NCBI RefSeq assembly: GCF_009914755.1
Contig: NC_060931.1
Length of the DNA stretch: 64,000 bases
Reading direction: 5' to 3' (one strand)
Source: the human T2T-CHM13v2.0 reference genome, Homo sapiens
The translations under genes and the position numbers were made by a program. Below the pieces are notes generated by a model. It saw nothing but the letters and a program-made list of their open reading frames with translations, was not told the origin of the DNA and did no database searches. Below, one piece after another: positions 50,995-64,000 of this stretch; the first letter of the stretch is position 1, and the number at the start of each line of letters is the position of its first letter.

Positions 50995-51329
50995 CGGTCA
51001 GCCTTCCATGTCTGTGTCTTCTGCATCCATGGATTCAGCCAATTGCAGATGGAAAATATCCAGGAAAAAAAAATTCTATAAAGTTCCCAAAAGCAAAACT
51101 GGAATTAGCGGCATGCTGAGTACTGTGCTGAATCCACACGAACGACGTGGTGTGTAGGCATCGTATTAGGTATTATGAGTGATCTGGAAGTGACTTAAAG
51201 CACAAGGAGGATGTGCATAGGTTCTATGCAAATATTACGCCCTTACATATCAGAGACTTGAGCGTTTGAGGATTTTGGTATCTGTAGGTGGTTCTGGAAC
51301 AGACTCCCACAGATACGAAGGGATGACCG
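50995..51329. mobile_element. MER2-type Tigger MITE
   Basis: Imperfect TIRs (cggtcagccttccatgtctgtg / cacagatacgaagggatgaccg) flanked by TA. Confidence 0.8.
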
Positions 51330-51532
51330 TATATGCTTTGGATTAAGTTGTGTGGTAAACTAATTCTTTTGTACATGGGGAAGTGGATTTAAAAAGAAAA
51401 CAAGTTAATTCTTGACTTTCCTATTTATAAATGGGAATTTCTGGGGACTGGTTATCGACTGGAGTTTTTGGGGAATTTGAACGATGACTCACACTTTCAG
51501 TCTGGTGGGTTTTCTATTTTACTAGGAATCCT

Positions 51533-52275
<743 letters not shown>

Positions 52276-52693
52276 GCTGTTTGGAGACATAGTAATTTTA
52301 TTCAGCATCTTAGTTGGATATGAAGAACATGGAAGAAAGAGAAATCAAGTTAGTGGTGAGGAAAAGTTGTTCACATCTGATTGGGAATCCAGAATTTCAA
52401 TCACCCAAACAGATGATAGAAGCTAAAAGAAGTTACAAGGTCATTGCATAGGAGGATTACTCTGATTCCTAGGAAACATGGGCTAGGATGCCTTATTTCA
52501 GTGGAGGTCATGAATTCCTGTTGCCATAGTCACTGTGAGAAAGGGCTTGGCCTTCTCACCTGTGATTCAGGTAGAATCATTCTGGAAGCATGTAATCAGT
52601 CCTCAAATTTTGTGTTCTGGTTTTGAATCTCTGACATATTCTGGTCCAAATTTTTTAACCCAGGTTCATTTGTCTCAATAGTTGGGTAGGTGC

Positions 52694-53066
<373 letters not shown>

Positions 53067-53552
53067 TTAGTACTACTGAATTAAGTTCAGGATCATCTGT
53101 TTGTGTTTTATCCGTGTTTGTTTTTTAACCCCTTTTAATGTTAAAAAGAATTCGATATACAATATTAGTCATGTGACTTTAAGTTTAAGGGTGAATAAAA
53201 ACTAAGGTGACCTTGGAAGTAAGAAGGTGGCTACTCATCACTGTAGGCTTACCATCTGAGAAACCTCCATGGGAGGCCAGAATAACTTACTTCTTTTGCT
53301 TTTTTAAACTTAATTCCAGAAGACATCACATATGCATGACAAAGATAAAAGCACAAGTCTGCACCATTTCTGTGTTCTCAATAAATCTTATTGCCTAAAA
53401 TATTAAGGAACGTTGAACTAAACATGTGTATTTTCTTTTAGCACATTAAAGATGCCATTCCATTGTCTTCTGGATTTATTGTTTCTGAAGTCAGCTGACA
53501 ATCTTAAAAGGCAATGCATCTTTTCCCCGGCACCTTTTTTTTGTTTAATTAA

Positions 53553-53927
<375 letters not shown>

Positions 53928-55248
53928 TGATTTTGTATTTATCCTGCTTAGGAGTCATAGAACTTACAGAATTTGTAATTTGATGTCTTTCATCAGTTTT
54001 GCGAAACTTGGACTCTTGGTTATTATCTTTTCAAATATTGTTTCTGCCCCTTTCTCTCTTTTTCTAGAAACCTGAATACCTGGTAGAACTTTTCATCATG
54101 TCCCATGTGTCTCTAATGCTTGTTTCTGTATTTTCCATTCTTTCCTTCTATGCTTCAGTTTGGATATTTTCTATTGATGTGCCTGCAGTTCACTAATCGT
54201 GTCTTTAGTTTTGTCTAACATCCAGAGTTCACAGCCTCATTTATTACACTTTTCACCTCTAGAGTTTTCATTTGATTTATTTTTATAGATTTCAATACTC
54301 AGGTGAAAATTTTCATCTTTTTTTCTGTTTTCTTGAAAATGTTCATCAGAGTTATTTTAATCAGGCAACTCCAATATCTGACTCATCTGTGGGTCTGTTT
54401 CTATTGTCTTTTTCTTTTTTTATCTAGTAACTTTTTAATGAGATGCCAAATATAGCTTCTAAAAAGTTGTAGAGGCTTCAAATGTTATCATTCTCTCAGG
54501 AGGGTTTTTCCCTTTCCTCCACAAAACCAAAGACAGGAGTGGCCAATAACCTTAATCCAATCAGGGACTGCATGGAGTGAAGGCTGGGCTGAGGTTCTGG
54601 TAGGGTTCAAGCTACCGTTGCCCTCCAGTTTCCAACTGGGAACATGGTGTAGGCTCTGCAGTAACCCACTTCCACCACCACCCTAGCAGATCTCAGACTC
54701 GAATCTTTGTTTTGCAAGTCTATCAAAAACTTCTGCTTTCAGAGGCCTTCCATTTACATTTCAGTTTCTTGCCCCATACAAGCCTTGAATTCAGCAATTG
54801 TCCTTGGAATTTCCCCCTACATCGCTGTGTTGGTTTTGTGTCCCCAGCAGTGGCCCTCTGTGGTCTCAAAGTCTAAATTCTCAGCCTCATGCTTGTATCC
54901 AGAACTGGCAAAAGCCCTCACACACCAATACAAGCCACTGCAGACATTAGCTCACCCCTTGAAGGTTCCTCATTCTCTGGAATATCAAGTCCCCCCATTC
55001 TTGCCTCAGCAGCTTTCACTGCCTTCAAACAGATGTTTTCTGACTTCGCTTTCTGGCTTTTCTAGTTGTTGTTAGTGGGAGCCTTGGTCTACTGCAAGCT
55101 GCTCCATCACACCTGAGCGTGGACATTCAATTTCCTGATGGTCTACTACGTAAATGTAAAAGTGAAACTATCTTTGTTACTCATCTCAGAGAAAGCCCTC
55201 AGAAAAAAATGTCAGAACAGTTTCTGTTGTCCTTCTACCTTGCTGCAA

Positions 55249-55732
55249 TTGCTACTGAGCAATCAACGGGCTTTTTCCTGATGTGCTAGAAGCCAACACC
55301 ATGGCACGGGCTTTTGAGAAAAGAAAGGCTTTATTGTGAGTTGACTGTCAAGGAGACATGAGGAAACCCTCAGCTCTGTCTCCTTGAGCTTGGGGCTGGG
55401 TTGGGTTTTATAAGCATAGGGTAATGACGCATGATCGGATTAGATTTTGCGATGAGGTGATGCTGGGATGCTCATCTGACTGGACCCTGCCATGGGGTGA
55501 CACCAGGGCTTGATCTGATTGCATTCTGGATCTCACCATGCAGTGCCCATTTCTTAATTCAGTCCCTGCTTTGATCTGAGCACTCAGGTTCCGCCCCTGG
55601 TTGCATGCTTGGTTCACCTGGGCATCCTCAGGTTACGTGCGAAACCTTCCATCTGGGAGTCCATGCAACTGAAAAACAACTCACAACTTGGGTATATAAA
55701 AGGCGAATCAGATTGGTCTGGTGCGGTTATAC
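55249..55732 (-). mobile_element. ERV LTR (LTR47-like)
   Basis: Reverse complement starts tgtataaccgcaccagaccaatctg...aagttgtgagttgtttttcagttgc. Confidence 0.6.
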
Positions 55733-55749
55733 AGTTATTAATATCCCTT

Positions 55750-56172
55750 TGTCAGAAGTCAAAATTACCACAAATTTAGATTAAAGATCTATTGGTTTTT
55801 ATTGATTCATGAATCAGGATGGCATCTTCTCTGAAAATTTAGAAACGGTGCTCCAACGAGCTGGGCAGAGGAGGTGGGCTTTATAGGTAGAAAAGGGCTA
55901 AAGAAAGCAGCAACAGGGAACGAAAAACGGATTGGTCACTGCAAGGTTACAGGAGTCCCCTCTCGTCCACACACAGGTGGTGTGTCCCAAGACCCACAGT
56001 GGATGCCTGAAACCTCGGATAGTACTGCACCCCATTTTACATACACACACATATATATATACTATATATATACACACACTACATTTTTCCTATACATACG
56101 TACATACCTACGATAAAGTTTAATTTATTAGGCACAGTAAGAGATTAACAGCAATAACTGATAATAAAATAG
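55750..56172. mobile_element. MER34/39-like LTR end followed by a Tigger-family (MER6-like) fragment
   Basis: tgtcagaagtcaaaattaccacaaattt; ccaagacccacagtggatgcctgaaacc...ggcacagtaagagattaac. Confidence 0.6.
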
Positions 56173-56271
56173 AAGCGTCACTGTTGAGCACAGCCTTGGG
56201 AATAGGACCTTGGAAGTAGGCAGAGCTCCCTAGGCCTTGTGGTCCCTAGTGGCCGTGGACAGCATGGGGGA

Positions 56272-56315
56272 GGAAATTCCCGGGAAGCAGCCTAATTTCA
56301 CCCCAGGGAAGCCCC
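56272..56315. promoter_or_regulatory. NF-kB site overlapping a STAT-type palindrome, plus a second kB-like site
   Basis: GGAAATTCCC at 56272-56281 (reverse complement GGGAATTTCC); TTCCCGGGAA at 56277-56286; GGGAAGCCCC at 56306-56315. Confidence 0.5.
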
Positions 56316-56698
56316 TGGTGGGCTTGTGGAGGGCGGGGTGAAAAGCCGCTGGTTTAGGGAAGGGGTCCAGCCTAGGCTGAGGAATGAGATGCGGGTTGGG
56401 ACGGTCCCGACCCTTCCCCCAGCCTCTTTCAAGGATTCTGGAGAAACAAAGCCAGGATCCATTTCCTCTTGATGGCTGGCAAACTGAGCCCGGGCGGGAA
56501 GTCCTGGAAGACTGAGCCTGGGGTGGCGTTGGACACCAACTCCCAGGTCCTCGCCCCACACGGCCACATCCTCGCCCAGCCCCGCCTCCGCTTAGCTCCG
56601 CCCCGTCGCGGCTCCGCCCCGCGGTAACCACGCCCACACAACCGTATCCCCGCCCACAGCTGGCTTCGCCTTGGCCCCGCCCACAACCCTCTTTCCAA

Positions 56699-56720
56699 GC
56701 GGCGGCGGCGGCGGCGGCGC
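56699..56720 (+). repeat. (GGC)~7 trinucleotide repeat at the NUB1 TSS/5' UTR
   Basis: gcggcggcggcggcggcggcgc. Confidence 0.9.
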
Positions 56721-56763
56721 GAAGGCGACAGCGGCGGCGGGGGCGGGGCTGGCCTCACCCGGA

Positions 56764-56833
56764 ATGAAAACAAACGGCGGCCGCTGCCGCATCCGGGCAC
56801 TCTGCTGGTCGCGGCGGGAGTGGCGTGGCGCAG
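56764..56833 (+). CDS. NUB1: NUB1 exon 1 potential coding part (upstream in-frame ATG, MKTNGGRCRIRALCWSRREWRGA+G); may instead be 5' UTR
   Basis: ATG at 56764, 70 nt to donor CAG|gtgagg at 56833/56834. The final G plus GG of exon 2 gives Gly, in frame with ATG 60338. Confidence 0.6.
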
Positions 56834-56974
56834 GTGAGGACACGGCGGCCGAGTGTCCTCGACCCCAGCCTCAGCAGCACTGCTTGGCGCCCCGGTTCCC
56901 GGTCCGACTGGGCACCTCTCCTGGCCAGGGGTGGAGCGGCCGCGGGGCGGGGGTGAGCAGCCATGCGTGGAGCT

Positions 56975-57000
56975 GGGCCGGGGCCGGGGCCGGGGCCGGG
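56975..57000 (+). repeat. (GGGGCC)~4 in NUB1 intron 1
   Basis: gggccggggccggggccggggccggg. Confidence 0.9.
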
Positions 57001-57432
57001 AGCGGTGGGCCGGGCTTCGGGACGCGCTGGCCGTTCGGGGCCCTTTGGTTTGCCCTGAGTTAGGCAGAGGTGTGGGGTATTTAAAAGAAAATATTGAGTG
57101 TATCGGTTTGGGGAGAGAAAGGAATAAATATGTCTATAAAAAATTAGCCAAATGCTATACTTGAATCGTAACACTCCGAGTATACCATTTGGGATTTATT
57201 TGCAATCAAAGCCAGATTTTCTTTGCTATTTAATGACAAGACACTTGATTTTCTCGAACCTTGACGACCTGATTCTATCATTCTCACCTCCTTCCCTTTT
57301 ATTTTTAATCAAGAATCTTTCATTTTCCTAAGAAAAAATGAATGTGTCTTGACTAGATATAGTTGTGTTTCAACTATATATAATGTATACTTGAAAAGGT
57401 GTGGCTAAATGTAGCAATGATCGATTCATTAC

Positions 57433-57480
57433 AAAAGTGAAAGTGAAATTTTTAAAGGATCGTTATAACGTTTCACTTTC
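57433..57480. promoter_or_regulatory. IRF-E/ISRE pair in NUB1 intron 1
   Basis: AAAAGTGAAAGTGAAA at 57433-57448 and an inverted TTTCACTTTC at 57471-57480 match GAAANNGAAA. Confidence 0.65.
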
Positions 57481-57810
57481 TGCTTGGACCACGGAGTGAT
57501 ATTAATGAGTTTCGTCTTTTCTTAGTTACAATGTGAAACATTGTATGGCATGCATGAAACTTTTTCAGTTCTCATTTCAGTTAAAATTAAAAACTGACTT
57601 ATTAAACTTGACTTAAAATATGTCGCCACTTACTCTGTTGTCTATAACTGAAGTTCCTTAAGTTTCAAGACAGTGGTTTAATTTTTTTTTAACATTAAAT
57701 CTTATTCGGTGTAACCCTGGAGCTCTTGTTTGCTCCCTGGAGTGTCTGACACGCACTGGGTTTGTAACACTCCTTCGTCCTTCTGTCAAGTGGTGGCTTG
57801 GATGGCATCT

Positions 57811-57960
57811 TTTTAAAAATTTTTTATTTGTTTATTTTTTTAGTAGAGACGGGGTTTCACCATGTTGACCAGGCTGGTCTTGAACTCCTGACCTCAGGTG
57901 ATCCACTGGCCTCGGCCTCCCAAGTGCTGGGATTACAGGTGTGAGCCACCGCGCCCGGCC
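57811..57960 (-). mobile_element. Solo Alu left monomer
   Basis: Perfect 13-bp TSD ttggatggcatct. Confidence 0.85.
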
Positions 57961-58886
57961 TTGGATGGCATCTCTGAGTACCGCATCAGCCTTTCAAATT
58001 GCTTGGCTCCAGTAACCAGCCTGTGAAATTACTGTCCCCCAGTGGGGAGACAGTAGGGTTGCTGTGATATTTTATTCAGAATTTCTGAAGATTCATGAGT
58101 AGTATGTAAAGTAGTTTTTAAAGTTATTTGTGTTTGAAAAGCTAACGCTCTAAGTACTAATATGCTTTGCTGTGATAAGCCGTTTGTCAGTGCTTGAAAA
58201 ATGGAGGATTCTCCCATGGGCCACCCAGGTTGCACACAGCAGCCTCATTGGCTGTGTTATTCCTTCCTCTCTTTTCTCCTCCCTGTCCTGATTAACCTAA
58301 TTCTTGTCCCCGCACTGACATAAAATAGATTTGAACTTTCTTTTAAAAAATATTTGTTTATGAAATACACAAGCTACCAAAGTTTTCAAAGATTTCAAAG
58401 TTGTGTGAATTGGGTTTGGGGGGATGTGGAATACTGGCCCTCAATAGAAGAAAGAAATTTATCTTGGTAATATTAACTCATATTTTTTCCACTCTCTAGA
58501 ACTTGTCTTCATCATTCAGGGGCTAATAACATTTTTCTTTACTTATTGCTTGTCTGATTTGGGAAACCTTAAAGCGCTGTGCTACACCTGCCAGCTGCCT
58601 TACATCTCAGCCGCCTCACTCACCTTTGAATTGCTGTGCTAGTATGGGATGAGTAGACAGCTCCATCGCGGTACATACTTCTCTGGGAGAGAGAAGTTAC
58701 ATACCTGGAACAGGCAAGCAGCAAGGGACTCCATGACGGAAGTTCAGAGTCCAGTGTTGTGGGTGGAAGTTGTGCTCGTTAAGATGCTGCCTAATTTTGT
58801 GTCTTTGCCTGAGTCATGGTACAAACTCAGGGCCCTAATTTTCTCAGCTGTAAAATGATCCGATCAGTGTTAGATTTGAATAGTAG

Positions 58887-59247
<361 letters not shown>

Positions 59248-59251
59248 CTAG

Positions 59252-59622
<371 letters not shown>

Positions 59623-59692
59623 TAGTTTACAGTTCAAGCAAGCTTTTCTTTATATTTAACTACCAGGATGGTTGGCCTTTTGTTTTATGTTA

Positions 59693-60050
<358 letters not shown>

Positions 60051-60337
60051 TTAGATAAGAGAATAGCAGATTAAGAAATAGAAACATGTAATAATCCTTG
60101 CTACATATTAGCAACTTTGAAATACATATTTTATATATGTAATATATATAATTGAACATATATTTCTATATATATTTTTAGAGAAGTCTGGAGCTCATTT
60201 AAACCATAGTAATTTATATTTAATGACAGAGGAAGGGAGCTTTGCTTACCCAACAAAGCACCTTAACATGTAGGTAAGTTATTAACATTTTAAAATGCGA
60301 TGTGGAGTTTTATTAATGTATTGTTTTGCTTTCAGGG

Positions 60338-60454
60338 ATGGCACAAAAGAAATATCTTCAAGCAAAATTGACCCAGTTTTTAAGGGAAGACAGGATTCAA
60401 CTTTGGAAACCTCCATATACAGATGAAAATAAAAAAGTTGGTTTGGCATTAAAG
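60338..60454 (+). CDS. NUB1: NUB1 first canonical coding exon (exon 2, exon 60336-60454); 39 aa N-terminus; gene continues beyond the window
   Basis: Translates to [39 protein letters not shown], recognised as the NUB1 N-terminus. Acceptor ttgttttgctttcag ends at 60335, ATG at 60338 has strong context (GGGATGG after splicing), phase-0 donor AAG|gtattt at 60454/60455. Confidence 0.95.
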
Positions 60455-61304
60455 GTATTTTTCTTTTAAGACATCAATAATTAGCAGCATTATAAATCTC
60501 CTTGGTAAATAAGATTCTGAATTGTCAGGCATGACCATATAAACTTTTGGCATAACCAAAAGCATTAGTGGTGAGCGGGTACCCACTTTTTACTAGGAAC
60601 TGACAACCTTATTTTTGTTCATTAATATTTTATTCACATGAGGATGTTATCTAATTTTTCAGGCATATATTTTTAATATCATCACAGGATTACATAACAT
60701 TATTTATCTGGAACTCATTTTGACCCATTAGTGGAACAGTATTGGTGCCAGTAAGTAATTGCATTGTGTGTTCAAAGTGACAGTGTCTTGGCTCATTCTC
60801 GGTCCTCCTTGCTATCATCATCTGCTGTGAAACAATTGCTCCTTTTTCCCCCAGTTTTTTTGATGCTCTCACTATCAGTGTTCATTTTTCCAAAATAGGT
60901 TTTTTCTAACAGTTGTATCTCAGTTTTTCATGGCATCATCAGAAATGATATTGTATGTAAGTGATGTTTCTAGAAACTGAAGTCTGCTTGCTTTTCTAAG
61001 CAGAGAAACAGTACTCATTTTTGCCAGAAATCTATCATACTGGAATTTCCTAGCATGTACTTCTCTGCTCTCATTCAGAGTATCCTGAACATGATGTAAC
61101 ATTTATCAGGGACTAAGGATTGTCATGAGGCATTAAATTGCTCTGTGTTGTGACATAATGATGTGCTTGGGAGGTGACAAACTGTATTAGGGTCCTAGTT
61201 CTTCTGTTTCTTCTGTTCCAGGCAGGCCTCACTTTTTCTTTGCAACCCACCTTCTGACCTTGCTTCTGAATTTATTGTTACAGTCTCTTGGTTTAGAAAC
61301 TAGG

Positions 61305-62058
61305 TGTGGCATAAAGGAAAAATATTTGACCTTTGTCCCTGGTTCCTGGCAGAGCCAAAACTCTTGGGATTTCCTAAGTGGTAAGCATGATAGGAGCAAC
61401 CTTTGTGCTCATGAGGCTTGGTTGCCCCTAGATAGCTTCAGGATGGGGCTGGTCACCAAAAGTACCAAGCCGTGATTAGACACTTGAAACTTTCCACCCT
61501 CCCCTCCAACCTCTGGGAAGGGGAGATTGAGCTGATGACTAATACTAATGGTCAGTGATTTAATCAGGCCTGCATAATGAAACTTCCATACAAACCCCTA
61601 AATGACAGATTTTGGACAGCTTCCAAATTGGTGAACACATCCACATGTCGGGATGTACACCCCCAACTCCATGGGACAGAGGCTTCTATGCTCAGGACCC
61701 TTCCAGACCTTGCCTTAGTACCTCTTCATGTGAATGGTTATTTGTATCCTTTGTAATGAACTATATTCATAAGTATACCATTTTCTGGAGTTCTGTGAGT
61801 TGTTCTAGCAAATCATGGAACCTGAAGGGGGTGCTTGTGTGAACCCTCGACTTTGTAGCTAAGTCAGACAAAAGTATGGGTAACCTGGGGACCAGATACT
61901 TGGTAACTGGTATCTGAAGTTAGGGCTTTTTTGTGGACTGAGCCCTTAAACCTGTGGAGTCTAACGCTAACTCTGGGTAGTTAGTGTCAGAATTGAATCG
62001 TAGGACTTCCAGTTGGTGTCAGAATTGGCTGGTGACAGGAGGAAGAAAGAAATCCTCA
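61305..62058 (+). mobile_element. MER21C-like LTR in NUB1 intron 2
   Basis: tgtggcataaaggaaaaatatttgacctttgtccctggttcctggcag...gtgtcagaattg. Confidence 0.75.
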
Positions 62059-62243
62059 CTAGTTAGGTTTTCTAGAAAATTATAGAAAGTTTTTAAAAAA
62101 GTATTTATAATATATATTCTAGGTTTTAAAAAGTATGTATATAAATACAAAAATATAAAGAATGTATTTTTAAAATATGTTAAACATCGTTAACATAGGT
62201 ATATTCTTCCTCTTTTCCTACGTAACTATTAAAAAAATGTATT

Positions 62244-62416
62244 GCTGGACACAGTGGCGCATGCCTGTAGTCCCAGCTACTCAGGAGGCTAAGGCAGGAG
62301 GATCACTTGAACCCGGGAGTTGGAGACTGTAGTATGCTATGGTCCCACCTGTGAATAGCCACTGCACTCCAGCCTGGGCAACGTAGTGAGACCCCGTCTC
62401 TAAAAGAAAAAAAAAA
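62244..62416 (+). mobile_element. FAM (fossil Alu monomer)
   Basis: Retains the 7SL-derived cctgtgaatagccactgcactccagcc. Confidence 0.75.
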
Positions 62417-62426
62417 GTATATATAG

Positions 62427-62743
<317 letters not shown>

Positions 62744-62947
62744 AATCTATACTCATATCTATAAAGTTTTCCAACTTCACTTTTATCATGAACATCTCTT
62801 CTGTCATAAATTTATGCTTACACCATAATTTTTACGTACTACATGGTATTACATTATGAATTTAATGAAACCTTGACCTTTAGGGTTTTTTGAAGTGTTT
62901 ACTGTTTTATGAGATGTTTAATGAAACATTAACCTCACATGCAGATA

Positions 62948-63150
62948 CAGATTGAGAGGAGTATCCCGTAACTGAAATATTTGGGACTGGAAGTGTGTTT
63001 GGATTTTGGAATGTTTGCTTTATACCTACTAGTTGGGCATCCTAATCTGAAAATTCAAAATTCAAAATACTTCAGTGTGCATTTCCTTTGAGCATCTCCA
63101 GATGCTGAATTTTGGCGATTTCAGATTTTTAGATTAGAGATACTCATCTG
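62948..63150. mobile_element. MER46/Tigger4-like MITE
   Basis: gagtatcccgtaactgaaatatttgggactggaagtg...gatactcatctg. Confidence 0.65.
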
Positions 63151-63445
63151 GATTTTTTTGGGGAGGAACCATAATGACTTTGCTCTCAGTAATAACTGGT
63201 TCCCATCCTTTCTTGAGCCCTTTCAATCTTCTTTTTTTTCTCAATTCTAAAGCTCTCCCTTACAAATAGTTTTACAACTAGTACCCATGATTCACAGATT
63301 TTCATTAAGAGAATTGTTTAAGTCCAACTTGATTTGTTCTCACAAGTTTGAAAAATTGGAATATTTTCTGGGTTTTTTTTTCATTTTCCCTTCCAGTGGA
63401 GTTGAACAGTTCATTATACTTTTTAAATAGATCACAGTCACATAA

Positions 63446-63863
<418 letters not shown>

Positions 63864-64000
63864 GTCTCAAATAAGTGTTTTCACTTTTTCCTGGGCTCTC
63901 TAAACTCCACACCTCTCAAGATGTCAAGCCACAGTGTGGACTGCAGTGTAACGGGGCGACCTCCACTCATCAGAGTTGATGGCCTTAGAGTCTTTCATGC

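Larger units (their letters stand above)
56480..57050 (+). promoter_or_regulatory. NUB1: NUB1 CpG-island promoter / exon 1 with multiple Sp/KLF GC boxes
   Basis: Very high GC and CpG content; GC boxes gctccgcccc (~56595, ~56612), ccacgccc and ccccgccc; no TATA box; immediately upstream of the exon 1 donor. Confidence 0.9.

Noticed and set aside
56241-56322. CTCF-like motifs at the NUB1 promoter (ggtccctagtggcc, gcccctggtggg)
   Set aside because: Mismatches in the GGC end of the core; too weak to call without data.
56671-57063. 130-aa single-exon ORF across NUB1 exon 1
   Set aside because: Starts at TTG and reads through the exon 1 donor into intron; only 56764-56833 is plausibly coding.

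Overview
Primate, almost certainly human, genomic DNA. It is dense in Alu, L1, L2 and LTR repeats and contains the 5' end of NUB1 (negative regulator of ubiquitin-like proteins 1) on the + strand. NUB1 has a CpG-island promoter and exon 1 (~56.7-56.83 kb) and a first coding exon at 60336-60454 ([39 protein letters not shown]). From memory this is 7q36.1, in the interval upstream of NUB1. The first ~56 kb is intergenic and largely transposon-derived: about 40 Alus, old L1/L2, MaLR and ERV LTRs, a full-length decayed Hsmar2 mariner, a fossil hAT transposase split by an LTR, two long TG-rich tracts and an orphan CpG island with a strong CTCF motif. Nearly all ORFs in the supplied track are repeat or low-complexity artefacts. 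I see no convincing new multi-gene system. The best leads are regulatory or structural: an IRF/ISRE cluster in intron 1 plus NF-kB/STAT sites at the promoter, an in-frame Arg-rich N-terminal extension of NUB1, a divergent CTCF motif set, a cryptic Alu-derived exon with near-ideal splice signals, and a (GGGGCC)n tract in intron 1. Repeat subfamily names come from recalled consensus sequences and need RepeatMasker/Dfam confirmation.
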